A stretch of DNA of 63,158 nt, filler included, from Dirinaria sp. TL-2023a (GCA_051941275.1; 2 parts of 2 records of this genome joined end to end with filler, not necessarily neighbours in it), one strand, 5' to 3'; positions 36,003 to 49,199 are shown, counted from the whole stretch's first letter. Program-made: numbers and translations. Notes: generated from the sequence alone by a model not told the origin.

Positions 36003-39000
36003 ATGGCGACGCCACAGATCATACCACCTGCTCACGGTGGTAGTATGGATCCAAACGAACCACGTTTTAGCCAAACACAGACGCACCAAAGCCCTTTCTC
36101 ATCAAGCGTCCCTCACACAGCTCAAAGCACACAGCCTCCAGATCATGGTGGCAACATGGACCCAAATGACTCTAGTCAAAGACAGACACAACCGCAGCCG
36201 TCTTCATATACCTTGCCTCAGACTGGGTCAGAGCCTCCGCGCGGTCAGCCAGACTATTTTGCGAGCTCACGGCCGTTAACCCAGAGGCAAGCGTCCGGCG
36301 AAGCTTTTCAGGCACAAGTGCAAAGCTCTGCCCAGTCAGGATACTCCAATTCACAACAGCAATCGTATGGAGTACAGACTGCACGGGGTTTTGCAGCTGA
36401 GCAAGCGCCACATGTGCCATCCGCTCAACCAGCGGTCTCCAGCCCGCAGTCGCAACAGTCGCCGCAAAGCCCACCGCAAGGGCAGTACTTCCCGTACCAA
36501 GGTAGCCCTCAGCCGTGGGCTTCTCGCAGTCCCCAGAGTCCCTATAGTCCCTCGTCCCCAAATTCGAGTGCGCCTCAAAGCCCAGGCTATGGCTACGCAA
36601 CCCAAGTAAGTCAGGAACCAGTATGGAGCTCACGTCAGAATATTACCAACACCACTCAGGCTCAAAGTCCACCACAAGGCTATGCCGCGTACCAGGCGCC
36701 CAGCAGTCCCTCGAAAGAGCAATCGCAAGCTTACACGGTAGGGCAACACCCACAGCCAAAAAGAAAGAAGTCGTCTTTGCGCAAATTTCATGAGTTTTTG
36801 ATGATGCAAGGGAGTAACGAGAAACGTAGGTAGAAAAGGGAGTCACTCCCTATACCACGAGAGAAAGGGGCTACGCAAACGTGCTGCACCATACATCGCA
36901 ATGGAGATGGAAATGGCCAAACACCTTTCAGAACCCGGGCGTTAGCCTCGGATACGGCAGCCATCGCCATCGAGATATCATGCAACGGTCAAAACTCTTT
37001 CCAGAGCATGACTACTACCTCTCACCAACAGACGGTCACCTCGAAAAGCTTGTTGTTCAATGTACACAGCCCATTACCGACACCAATCCCAACAGTACCT
37101 GGAGAAGAACTTTCATTCGCAACCGGAGCCCATATTTGCTGCAGGCTGCCAACTGGGTCTTACACTCGCTGCCTCAAGATGACAGAGAGATCGAGTCGGC
37201 AGATGTTCTCTTGATGGGCTTGAAGTGGTTTCCATCTTGTATGGCGATCCTTCTGCTGGTGAGTCTTTACCTTTTTCCTCAGCAACTCCATGATAAATTC
37301 CATTGACAGTCGCTAGATGATCTTTCCTGTCAATACTTCAGGAGAAGTACGCAATGGGGGTTACTACGATCCCTTTCCGTACCGATTCTGGGGCTACCCG
37401 CTCGATGCAAGGAACCTGAAAGAGGATGAGGCGGCAGCGGCCTTCCACTCCGCCTCGAGTGACAGGTCACCTACCAATGATGCAGTCGCACGCCGCTTGC
37501 GGCAGGCCGCCAAGAAGCAGCCAAATCCTGTTACAGAACGACCAATAGAGCCGAAGTATCTGTGCTTCCTCACCGGCTCGAAAGGCGTGAAGAGAGCAGT
37601 CGTCTCCGAATGGAAGCAGACACATGAAGAAGAGCTCACCTACGTCTTTGTATCATACACAGGCGAGCAATTCAAGACTCGCGAAGACATGCTGTTTCTT
37701 CACGAAATTGGCGAGCACGCCGCTCGAAAAGAGGGTGCATCGGCGTACTGGGTAGGCTGTTCGTGCTTAGGCGAAGAGAGTGAGGTGGAAGAGAACGTGA
37801 GATACATCAGCGACATTGTGCGAGGCTCTCAAAAGTTGGTCATTGTTGTACAGCATCCGTCAGGCAGTCAAACAACTAAACCAACAACCCAAAGCCTGCT
37901 GCACGAATGGGGACAACGTGTCTGGACGTTGCCCGAGATCCTTCTAACCACGAGCTCCAGCGACATTGCTATATATGCTCGCAATGGAGACATCGGGCAT
38001 CCAATGACCGTCAACAAGCGCAACTTTGCCTCAAAGTGGGCTGACGCCGCAGTGGCGAGGCAGCTCATCGACCATTATGAGGGCAGTCTAGTACTCAGCA
38101 ACCTAGAGCTTGTGACAATTGCTCTACAGTGCCTTCATAGCCGGCAAACATATACTCACTTTCGTGGTGACATGGCTAACGCCTTGATGGGCCTGCTGCG
38201 GAGAAGACCTGTTGTTACCAAGGCCGACTCAGCGTTCCAAGCTTTTGCTCGTCTTTCTCTCGCTAACGTCAATGATCTTCTACTCGAACGCCTCATCTGT
38301 GTCTTACCAAAGTCGCTCGACCAGCCTTGGTACGACATGGCAGACCAGTACGAAGCATCATTGTGGGACATATATCCTTCAACACAGATCTGCGGCATCG
38401 GAGAAAACGACACCGTGATACTGGATGGCGCATATGCGGCTTCAATCCGCTGGAAAGCATTTGCGCATGTTGCAAACCTTACCAAAGACAGCTGGAAACG
38501 CTTTTTCCTGCGCTACGCTTTCCGCTCGGCGTCCTGGCTTTTCATCGCGGGGATTGCCTTGATTTCCTCATCGGGCGGAAAAGGCCCTCTGACTGGCATT
38601 GGCGCAGTGTTCCTCGTCCTCTCTCTTTGCTTGCTACTGATATCGCCGTACCTTATCCGGGTACTTTACACCGGGAAGCTTTGGGCTACGCAGCCATGGT
38701 TCTTCGGTTTCGAAGGATACCTTGATATCTCGACCATCGAGCAAAAGATCTTCGGCGCCGACATGGGTCATCTCAAATGGAGCACGAACGGATCTCCGCT
38801 GTCGGTCCACGCGCCTAATGAGTTCGGCGAATGCATCGGACAAGACCCAACAAGCAACCCACAGACGAGAGAAAAAGTCGAGAGATCGATCAACTGCAGG
38901 ATGGGCGAGCCAAGAATATTTACCCTTGTTGACACGAACACTTTAACAGTTACGATGTTCGAGGCAGTCCGGCCACCTATCGCGGTGGTACTATGCGGGG

Positions 39001-39149
39001 AGGAAGGGGGCATGCAAAGAGCGTTACTCTGCTCCTACGACTGGCCTAATCAGACTCTGTACCGAGAATCGGTTCTGAGAATGGAGACACCGGTGTTGGA
39101 GAAAGTCAACAGAGTTGCAAGGCTTAGGCTTGGACTGAAAAGAGACTGA
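36003..39149 (+). CDS. Large membrane-anchored protein: Q/S/P-rich N-terminus, divergent HET-like domain and TM helices; irregular junction at ~36790-36830
   Basis: Formed from ORFs 36003..36833, 36881..37306 and 37317..39149, with probable introns 36606-36659 and 37259-37316. HET-like motifs YVFVSY, AYWVGCSCL, DIVRGS..LVIVV and WGQRVWTLPEILL. TM pair WLFIAGIALI / IGAVFLVLSLCLLLISPY. Confidence 0.75.
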
Positions 39150-40711
39150 TAGTGCCCTGGTAATTTCGATGAGGGGATCCTGTTTTTTTTTTTTTTTTTC
39201 GTTTCTTCTCTGGCGTCACGGCTGCTCATGTTAGGTGCTCTGTGTTGTACTAGCGTGGAATATTAATATGTAACCTGTCTACCTGTACAGTACCTTGTGT
39301 TGGTGGGTGGCCACCACCATGCCGGTTGTGGGGATGATTGATGCGCTAGTAATTAATGGAAGGTAAGGTATCTTACCTTAGTGACATAGTAGTAGCGAGA
39401 GTAACTTACGCTTAGGTCAGACGGCTCAGCAAAGAAGTTGAGCGTAGAATCTGATTGGTGCGCACGGAACAACTTCGGAAGTTTAACAAAACATCGGTCG
39501 AATCGCTCAGTACCAGTAGTACTCTGTAGTACCCTAACTTACACCTTCTTTGCACATCGCAATCGAAAGCGTGCGATATCGCTTTCTTAGTTGCATTCTC
39601 ATATCAACTACAACAACTCACCGTTGCACTACACATGCAGCTCCCACATTTAATGTCCTCCAATGCCGGTTCCTTTGATGCAAGATATTATTATCAGTCC
39701 AGTAACATTTCTACATTATGTACTACTGTTCTCCCCTCCAAGAATGATGATTGCGCAATCTGCTCTTCTTTTCTCCTAGGAGATGCTGCATCCGGATGGT
39801 CCAGCAAGACAGACATAGACTGCACCAATCGCTGGATGACGCATATATCGCGCAGATGGTCGTTGGCAATCGCCACGAAAACCCCACACCGAGCCGTTTC
39901 ATGTGAACTTGGCTAATGCATCAACAGTCGCCTATAGCCGCTACCAAAAGTCTAATGTACGCAGCAGCTACTATGACTTCGGAAAGGTGGAGGTGAACGT
40001 CACCTATCTCACTTTGGAAAAGCCCATGGCGAAAGCTTTGTTGGTGAAGTTGGCTAAGCAAGGCTTTCGGTAGTGCGTGCACTTCGCATCTGCTCCTATT
40101 ACGCTTTTCATTTGCAGCGGACGATGCAGGTACAAATACAAAGTGGTTCTCTGGACTGACCGCCTCGAGACCTCTGACAAAACTTCTGGTCAAGCCGAAT
40201 GTCCAGCTTGATGATCAGCCTTCTCTGATGTCGAACACAATGTGCCTTAGCCCTCGAAGGAAACATCGAACACTACCATAAGGTAGGACTAGAGACATCG
40301 TCTCGTGCATATACATTACCGTTCGCGTATCGACCAGCGTGACAGCGCAAGAGGCCGCATACTGGCGCCCCCGGTGCCGATGTCTACCACTCGGAAACCA
40401 CATCCCAACGATGTTGTTGCTAGCTTAGTATCTTACATTCACGATCTAAGGTTTCCCGGGTCTGTCCGTCCAGCCATCCGTCCCGTTTCGACCTACACGC
40501 GGGCCTCTTAGCTCTCTCGAATCCTGTCAATGATGTCGATCTACGTAGATTCACGGTCACTGGTGAATCCGGCTTTGAAAGGACTGCTGCCCATGCTCAG
40601 GGTTGCATGTACGTTTTTTACGCTTTATGGGGTCAGCTACTTTGGCAAGATAAGTATGCGCTGGTGGTCGCCTACCCTTCAACTCGGTTGCCTCGTTTGC
40701 AAGTCCAACAA

Positions 40712-42092
40712 ATGTCGTCCTTCTACTACCAGAGCCGCACGCCAGAATTGTATGGATCCACGATCACTTTGACGATTGTCGCCACCCTTGCGGTAGCCTT
40801 GCGGTTCGCATCGCGAAGGATATCCTCCGCACCCTATTGGTGGGACGATTGGGCTATTGTTGTTGCTTTGGTCAGTGCCCCTTCATAACTGGTCGGGTCT
40901 TAATCTTAGTCAGGTGTCTCGATGTGCTGACAAGCGCTCCAGATCCTCGATTATGGGCTCTATTCCTGCTATTGGCTTATGACCCGGAACTATGGCCTTG
41001 GCCATCATTCTGCACGAGTTGGAGGACCGGTTGACAAGCGTACCGAAGTGGGTTTCTTCAAGGTAGGCCTACGCCAGCTCGCGTGGACTTGGTGGGCAAC
41101 CTTTCCCGGCTAACAAGCGAGTCTCAAATCAGGTCTTTCTGGCCATTCAGATACTATACTTCAGCACTGCAGTATCGTTCAAAACCTCTCTCGTTTTACT
41201 ATATCACCGCATCTTCGGGGTCGTGCGCTGGTACAGGTGGGTTCTCGCGTTTGCGGAAAGTATTGTGGCATGCTACTTCGTCGTATGCCTATTCACGGCC
41301 ATTTTCGAATGCAAGCCCGTGTCATTTTACTGGGACAAGTCGGATCCGCATGGCACATGCATCAACCAGACCGCTTTCTACCGATGGAACGGCGTCGCGA
41401 ACATGTTCATTGATCTTTTCATCCTATGCCTCACATTTCCCATGGTATGGCGCTTGAAGATTGGAACTAGGCAAAAGATCACGTTAAGCGGGATTTTCTT
41501 ACTGGGTACATTGTAAGTTCTACGTGATCCCGCACACACACAATGAGCAAGCAAACGAGTGCCCTATTTTAGCCTCAGTTCTCTCGCTGACCCACTCATG
41601 CTCTGTTCGAACAGTGTCTTCGTCGCGTCCGTAGTAAGGGTGACGGTCTTCAGCCAACTCAAGCCCCAAGACGAGACTTATACCAATGTCGAACCGGCAA
41701 TATGGACCGTGGTGGAGCAAGGGCTAGGGATTACCTGCGCTTGCTTGCCCACGCTTCGCCCGCTGTTCGGCCGCTTGCTCTTCGGCACCACTCGCAATGC
41801 CGGCAGCAGTGGCACCACCCGGAGCGGTGACATTCATCTATCGAAGCGTAGCTACAGGCCATCGGTAACGCGGCCGGAAGATGAGGAGGCGATTGCGGTC
41901 TTTACGTCGCTGCCCGTGGAAAGCGTGCTTACAGGTGGCACAGTAACGACCAAGGCAACTGCTACATGTCCCGAAGAGCCCAGGAATCCGAGGACTGTGC
42001 CGCCAGAGGTAATCGTTAAAAGCCAGTCGATTGAGCAGCACTTCTCGCCTCCGCCGCCGATTAGCAAGTTCTCAGCAAGAGCGCAAATGTGA
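40712..42092 (+). CDS. PTH11-like (fungal rhodopsin-domain) 7-TM integral membrane protein, 4 exons
   Basis: VALRFASRR...WWDDW, YGLGHH, K.SLVLLYHRIF, CKPVSFYWD, DLFILCLTFP, W.VVEQGLGITCACLPTLRPL. Introns begin at 40871, 41063 and 41513. Confidence 0.92.
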
Positions 42093-42270
42093 CCTTGATC
42101 TGAATGACTTATTTTAGGAGAATGAGAGCTAAGTCTTCATGTCATGCTCGCTATAGAAGGTATAAACCTGTTATGCTGGAAATCGAAGCCTATGCCGCTC
42201 CTATATATATACAAGCCGCCTACTTGAGCAAGCTACGCCAATCATGCCATTCCGCACTCGAGTTCGTCTC

Positions 42271-44303
42271 TCATGACCCGGCATTGCCCAATATTCGGCT
42301 GGCGATCTTCTGCGCAAGTGCATATACGGTTGACTGAGGATGGCCCGGTGGGAGAAGCGGAAAGCTGCTCGCATCAACGACCCTCAATCGCTGTACCCCG
42401 TATACTCTCGCATCACTATCCAAGACCGCCAAGGGGTCGGTCTTCTTGCCCATCTTACAGGTCGCCGCCGCGTGCCAGATGGGCGTTACCATGGCGCGAA
42501 TGGCAGCGAGGATTTGAGCGTCGGTCTGTACCGAAGCGCTTGGATATGCCTCTGTTCCTATCGTTAGGTTGTAGCGCTCGAGCACGCTCCACAGTTCTCG
42601 CTGCCGCTTGAAGGCTGCAACGGCGAGCTCGACGTCCGCAGGATCAGTGAGCCAATTCGGGTTGATGAGGGGCGGGTCTTCCATGCTGGCGCTGTTGATG
42701 GTGACATTGCCTCGGCTCAACGGCGCGATCAAAGACGTCGCGATCGAAGCCCAATTGTATCCATCTTTTGGATCGGCCGTCTGATGATTCCCTTGCGTAC
42801 CGAGATAGCCACTTGCTGGAAGCCATTCCAGCTCTGGCCAGTCTGCTGGGAAACGGTTCAGTGCTTGCTGCGTTGCTGCTGTAAAATTGCGGCGGTACGA
42901 CTCCGGGAACTTCTCCCACCCAAATGCGGCACCAGTGGACATAGCCAGAGGCCCTGTATGTTGTTCTTGATAAAGCTGCATGGCTGCGGCAGCTGCACCT
43001 GGATCATTGCCCAATGCCGAGGTGGTGGGAACGTTGACCCTACGTCCAAGAGCCCAGAACGGTTGGTCCCATAGATTCTGACCAACACCGGGGAGATCTT
43101 TGAGGACCGGGATCTTGAGCCCCTCCAGCGTGTCTCGCGGACCGATACCGGAAACCATCAGCAGCTGTGGAGACTGGAAGGCACCGGCAGATACAATGAT
43201 TTCTTTCATAGCAGACAAAGTATAGGATTCGCTTCCGTTTGTGCTTACCCTGATACCGGTAGCGGTGTTACCTTTAAAGAGCAGCTTCTGCGCCATCGTA
43301 TGATGATACACAGCCAGAGTCGTATTTCGTGTCGCCATGGTCAAGAAACTGCTTTGCGAAGACGAACGCTGTGCTGTTCTGGGGTCGATGGTGAAGCTCA
43401 TGATGCTCGATCCGATCAATTGCCCTGCATTGAACCCATCAATATTCTTCATACCGCCCGCAAGGTACGATTTCTGCGACCAGGAATTGAAGGGGTCATT
43501 CGTTGTGTCATATGATACCTGCAACGGGCCGGCACTGTTGCTGCCAAAGGTTCCCGGTGGATCGGCAGTAGCTGTGATATTGTTGAAGATGGTGAGGTTG
43601 GGCGGAGTGTATGCAATGCCGTCCTGATAGAATGGGAGCATATTCTTAAAAGTGTAGCTCTCATCTCCGACTTCCGATGCCCATTGATCCATGGATTGAG
43701 ATGTCGGCCTGGCGCTCGCTAGTCAGCCATTCTCCGACGGATCACAAAATACATCTGGTGCAATTTCGTACCTATGATAAACGAGGTAATTCCGTGCAGA
43801 AGACCCTCCTAATGTCTTCCCCCTCGCATAGTGCATCCGGCGATCATTCGCACCCTGTGAAACAAGTTTCATCAGTCTGGAATTTTTCCTATGTACGAGG
43901 TACTTCGCTTTTTCTCTCTATACTTCTCGAATTCAGCAAAGCCCACGACAGGGAAACTCACAGCCTGCGGCACGGTGACAAATCCCCAATCAACTTTCGG
44001 ATTCGTATCATTCGGATACGTCCCCGAATACAGCGAACATTCGCCGGGGATCGCCAACTCCGGTACATCTTCCTCATAAAACCCCCCTGCCTCAATCACG
44101 GCCACGCTGACCTTCGGATTCTGTGCAAGCCGAGCGGCGAGGGTGCTGCCGGCTGTGCCACCGCCGACGATGATATAGTCATAGGTCGTAGTATTGCTCA
44201 GATCTGCTCTGCCCGGCACGGCTTTGAGTGGCGAGGCAGGCGATGCAATCGCCCCCGAGGCACATGAAACTAGGAGAGCCGCGATGGGTGTACGGGCATG
44301 CAT
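42271..44303 (-). CDS. Secreted GMC oxidoreductase (aryl-alcohol oxidase / PatE- or versicolorin-B-synthase-like type), 3 exons
   Basis: Signal peptide, YDYIIVGGGTAG, VIEAG, short exon YARGKTLGGSSARN, SAGAFQSPQLLMVSGIGP, WHAAATCKMG, LRVVDAS and PPGHPQSTVYALA (His/His active site). Confidence 0.95.
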
Positions 44304-44725
44304 GATCGGTGGACGATCTCTTGCACAAGCGGGTTGGTGATCCGGCCGAAACTGCTGTGACCTGATCGTTTTTCTCCGAAGGACGACGCCCGATGTTCCT
44401 CGTGTCTTTATAACAAAATGGACATCCTTTTCCACCTCATTCTTCCGAAATCACAGTCAAAGCTCTCAGCGCCACGTTCCGCCGGCCCCGCGCCGTGGAA
44501 GAGCCTCTTAATGTCCTAAACATATCAAGCAATATCCGGCCCATTGCGATCCCTACGCCTACGATTACTCGAGACGGTCTCTGTGTGCTAGAGCCTTTCT
44601 TATGAACCAACCGGAATAGGCGCCCCTGAAGCATTATCCTCCGATCGCACAAACCCGTGATTGAAGAGGCAAAGATGGACGGTGAAAGTGAAACTCGTCT
44701 AATTACAGTCGGAAGCTCGGAACAT

Positions 44726-44746
44726 TGCGCGCCTTGAAGGCGCGCA
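44726..44746. promoter_or_regulatory. Perfect inverted repeat TGCGCGCCTT-G-AAGGCGCGCA, ~420 bp upstream of the GMC gene
   Basis: 10-bp arms with a 1-nt spacer, read directly from the sequence. The regulatory role is inferred. Confidence 0.35.
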
Positions 44747-46884
44747 GGCGCGAACCGATTGATATGCGCAGACTTACTTCATTCGAACAAGTAGCAGACT
44801 ATTATCGCGACCGTGCGGCGTCTTTCTCTTCCCGCTTTATGTATTAAAACAGCCGGGAACAGGCAGGCCCGATGGAAGGGAGATTGTAAGACACTTCCCT
44901 TGAGGGGCGCTGTGAAGCTCAAAACTTCCTTTTCTCTATATTTAGCGAGGAATCGTCGCTTCTTATTATTGAGAAAAGCCTCCGATTTTCTTACGCGGAG
45001 CTATCGCTTCGAGAACTAGCTTTACGGCGCATGAGTGAGGCGCATGCAATTATTTTGCGCTCGTGGCGCCATGAGCCCCATCTCGACTTGATCGAGGGGC
45101 AGGCGATGCGCTACAGATTCTATTGCGAGGAACATAGCATTCCTCTCGTATGTTCATCAAGACTCGGTAGCTGGATCTCATGCCTAACAGATCCGATTTG
45201 CATCAGCAAGGGTCAAGAATCTTGCATCACGAAGTCAGAGCTCTGTAGTGATATCAAACTTTCTCTCATGTGCATCGTATCACTTTTCTCGATAACTCTA
45301 TCGATGATACCGGTACTTGGGTTGATAAGGGCTGAAACATCGTCGACGCTATTCCTCCCCTCTGGTAACACGATGCTATCGACATCAGAATCGGTCATCG
45401 AGCCTACGGACCAAGAGATTGTTCATATCTGAATACTCGATGCACTAGATCCCAGAAGTCAAGACAACCATTGTTTTCCACGATCACGAACGAGGTGACA
45501 AGAGGCTGAATGAAGCGTGTAATCAGCCTTATCATAGGGCTAGAGTCAGTAGTAAAGATTACCTAGCCTCCCGGCAAGGAAAATCCGCCAAATGTTAAAG
45601 TATCCAGTCTCGGGTCAACCTAAACTGTCATAGATTTCCTCTCCTCAATCTATCACTTTGTTACCTGCACACGCATTTCATTATCAAGTCACTCAAGACA
45701 GCACGAGATCACGCATTCCTTGTGGGATAGAGTCAACCTGGCCGGGGTAACTTCGGTGGGTGTTCTTCGATCCCTGTGATTTCTCATTGCATCTGGATTC
45801 TGTTCCGACCTGGATTTGGATTCTTGCATTCGTTGGTCTTCAAAATCGAACAACATGGCGCAACATTCTCCAAGGAATGGATTATAGCCGCTGCAAGACT
45901 GCCTCATCACCGCCTGGGAGATGTAGAATGCCGATTGACTCACGGCTTTGTCCCGAGGATTAGAATAGAGAGCCATTGCCTGCAATGACGGATATGGGAT
46001 CTTCTCCAAGAGCCAAGGTGAACGATTCTCTTTATTTTTATTCAGGCCAGTGATAAGTCCGGAGAAAAGCTTGTTGCTGGCGACAAGAACCTCATTCAGG
46101 CACAATCTCGCCAAATACTGCTTCTATGAGGCGCAGAGGCCGATGGCGCAATAGTTCGCTAGGTGAATATTTTCCGACTTAATGGCCTTGCTGGACGTCG
46201 ATGTCCCTTGCCACAGAGTTGCGATTTACACCTGTATCGAGGACTGGCTTTACGGGTCGTTTCAAACGGATGACCATACCCATGAGCAAGAATAGCGACC
46301 CCGGATTGTGGCTCGGTGCAGCTTCAGAGACTGGCAAGGCGACACATATCGCAACTCTATGCATCCTTCTGCTGAAAAATATCCCAACGCAAAGCCGAGG
46401 AAGGAACAACGAGTCCTTGCTTCTTTTTGGGGCCTTTGATTTAGCCAAGCACTGCACACATTAATCGCAATTATGAACTGGAAAAAAAAAATCTCTGTAG
46501 GACAGGGCTAATGCAGAGGCGTTGAACCCTTGTTGCAAAAACAGAGGGTTGCCCGATAGTCTGGGTTGATTCATGCTATTATCGATGCGTTTTCAAAGGG
46601 GTAGCACTCCGATTGATCGATCGACAGATCCAACTTCGGGATATAAATGCAGTCGTCTTATCGCCTTCGCTTTTTACCAATCAATGTCTTTCAACCTCGG
46701 CGAATAGCATATCAAGTGCTGGGGCCGCATCTATTGGTACATGTAAAGCTAATGCACGTTTCCAACGCCACGCATGTGAGAATCGGATCTCCTCTATTCC
46801 CTAGCTTTCGATCGGAGCCTTTTAAAACCAAGCTCACTGACGCCCGGAGTATCTCCTACTCACGCAGATACCACGCTCTCTACA

Positions 46885-48921
46885 ATGGAGAAAGTGGATC
46901 TGCCAACTGTGGATGAGAAGCAATCGCCACCAACATCGACCGAGGTCACAGTGATTGAAGCGCCGATCAATGCCTCGGGCCACATACAAGAGCTCGAGCG
47001 CAATTTTGGAATTGTCAGTCTATGCAGTCTGGCTATTACTTCAGGAAATGCATGGATTGCACTGGGTGGAACACTCGTAAATCTTCTCACGACAGATTCT
47101 GAGCCACAATTGATACATGCCATTTAGACGGTGGCCATCTATAACGGTGGCCCTCCTGGAGCAATTTACGAATTCATCGTCGTTTCCATCTTCTACGCCT
47201 TTGTTGCGGCCTCAATCGCTGAACTCTCATCGGCGATTCCATCCTCAGGCGGAGGTACCTCTAGAGTTTACCCCTCTCTACAATCCTACATACTGATGTC
47301 GACAGTTTATCATTGGGCATCAGTAACAGCTGGTCCTTATGGTCGTTCTCTCGGCTATTTCGCTGGGTGGTGGAACTGCCTGGCCTGGCTCCTTGGTATA
47401 GTGTCGACCCTTCAAATCGTAGCGGCGCAATCCGTGAGCATGTACGCGGTCATGCATCCTTCTTTCACGACCCAGAGATGGCATGTCTTTGTCAGCTACC
47501 TAATCATTGCTTGGATCTCCTGCTTTATCGTGCTATACCTAAATCGAGCGCTTCCGACCATGTAAATTCTCCTCTTCTCCGATCCAGAAACGAAAAAGCT
47601 AATAATGATCATGTGAAGTGAGAGTATAGGCGGCTCCACAGTGGTCGCCGGGGTCCTGATCACCATCATTGTCTGTGCAGTCATGCCTTATGTCAACTCC
47701 CAACCATACGCATCTTCAAGCACGATATGGTCAAAGTGGGACAACCAGACGGGTTACAGCAGTGACGGTCTAGTTTTTGTGCTCGGTATGCTCAACGGTG
47801 CGTTCGCAATCGGATGTCCGGATGTTGTAACGCACCTTGCCGAGGAGGTTCCTAAGTAAGATCTCACAGCCACTCTGATTTGCTTCAAATCTGGTTTCCA
47901 GAAAAGGGGAATACAGCAAATGTCATGCTAATTAAGACTAGACCAGGTAGAATCATCCCAAAAACGATCTGCGCTCAGTTCGTATTCGGGTTCCTTAGCG
48001 GCTTCTTCTATCTCATCACTATCCTGTACGGGATCAATGACTTCCAGGCCGTACTCGACAGCACGTATCTCTTCCCACTGACAGAGATTTATCGCCAGGC
48101 CGCCGGATCCACTGCGGGTGCGGTGGGATTGGTAAGTAGTATTCCCATTTCCAGCCGTCCTTGTACAAGTACGCACACTCTCAGCTAGCCCACAAAGAAA
48201 TAAAGAAAAACAGAAAATAAGGGGAAAGAGTTCTCAAAGTGCAACAATGCACGCAAACTTCAACACGAAGCATCCACCCTCCCAATCCGAATCTTTGTGT
48301 TTCCCCAGCTGATCTTGACGAAACCTCCGCTGACCTCTCTGCCCGCAGCTCTTCTGTTCTTTCGTCCCCTTCCTGATCTCCACCATCGGATGCTACCTGA
48401 CCGCATCACGCATTTTCTGGACCTTAGCCCGCGACAACGCGACGCCATTCTCCCGATTCTTCGCACACATATCGCCCTCCCATCACAACCCGGCGCGATC
48501 AATAATCTTCTGCGCCCTCTTCTCCACCGTGCTAGGTTGCATCTACGTAGGGTCGTCGACGGCATTCTCGGCCTTCGTCGGCGCCTTCGTCGTGCTCTCC
48601 ACGCTCTCCTACCTCGCCGCCATCCTGCCCCACCTCCTCAGCAAAAGGCTTAACGTCCGGCGAAGGGGCTGGTTCTGGATGCCGAGCCCCTGGGGGGAGC
48701 TCGCGAACACCGTGGCGTGCGCGTACATGCTCGTGTTTCTGGTCATCTTCTGTTTTCCCTTCGCGATGCCCGTGGATGCCGAGTCGATGAATTATACGTC
48801 GCTGATTGCCGGCGGGCTGACGCTTGCGGTGGCGGCGTTTTGGGGCTGGCGAAGGAAGGAGTATCAGGGCCCGACGCATGTGGTGTTGGATGAGGCGGTT
48901 ACGGCCAAGGATGCGTTGTGA
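46885..48921 (+). CDS. APC-family amino acid/choline/GABA permease (HNM1-like), multi-exon
   Basis: ELERNFGIVSL, GNAWIALGG, IYNGGPPG.IYE, SIAELSSAIPSSGG-VYHWAS, HLAEEVP.PG, SR.FWTLARDNATPFS and many TM helices. Confidence 0.93.
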
Positions 48922-49199
48922 ATTTTATATGTGGCTGGATATTGGAAGGTTGGAGGATATGTCTCTGCACAGTCTGGGGATTTACTCTCGGTGCTGTTGC
49001 TGTGAAGAAGGGAATCACGATCTTACGAAGAACAAAATCCACTAACATGAAAAATCAAAACAAATCCCCGACCATGACCAATGCACATGATATATACTCT
49101 ATCACCAAAGTCCTCCTAAAGTCTCGAAGTCAGCGTACACGAACACAACAACGATCTTATTGAACCCCTACCCTGCATTCGCACAAGGCACCCCTCTAT

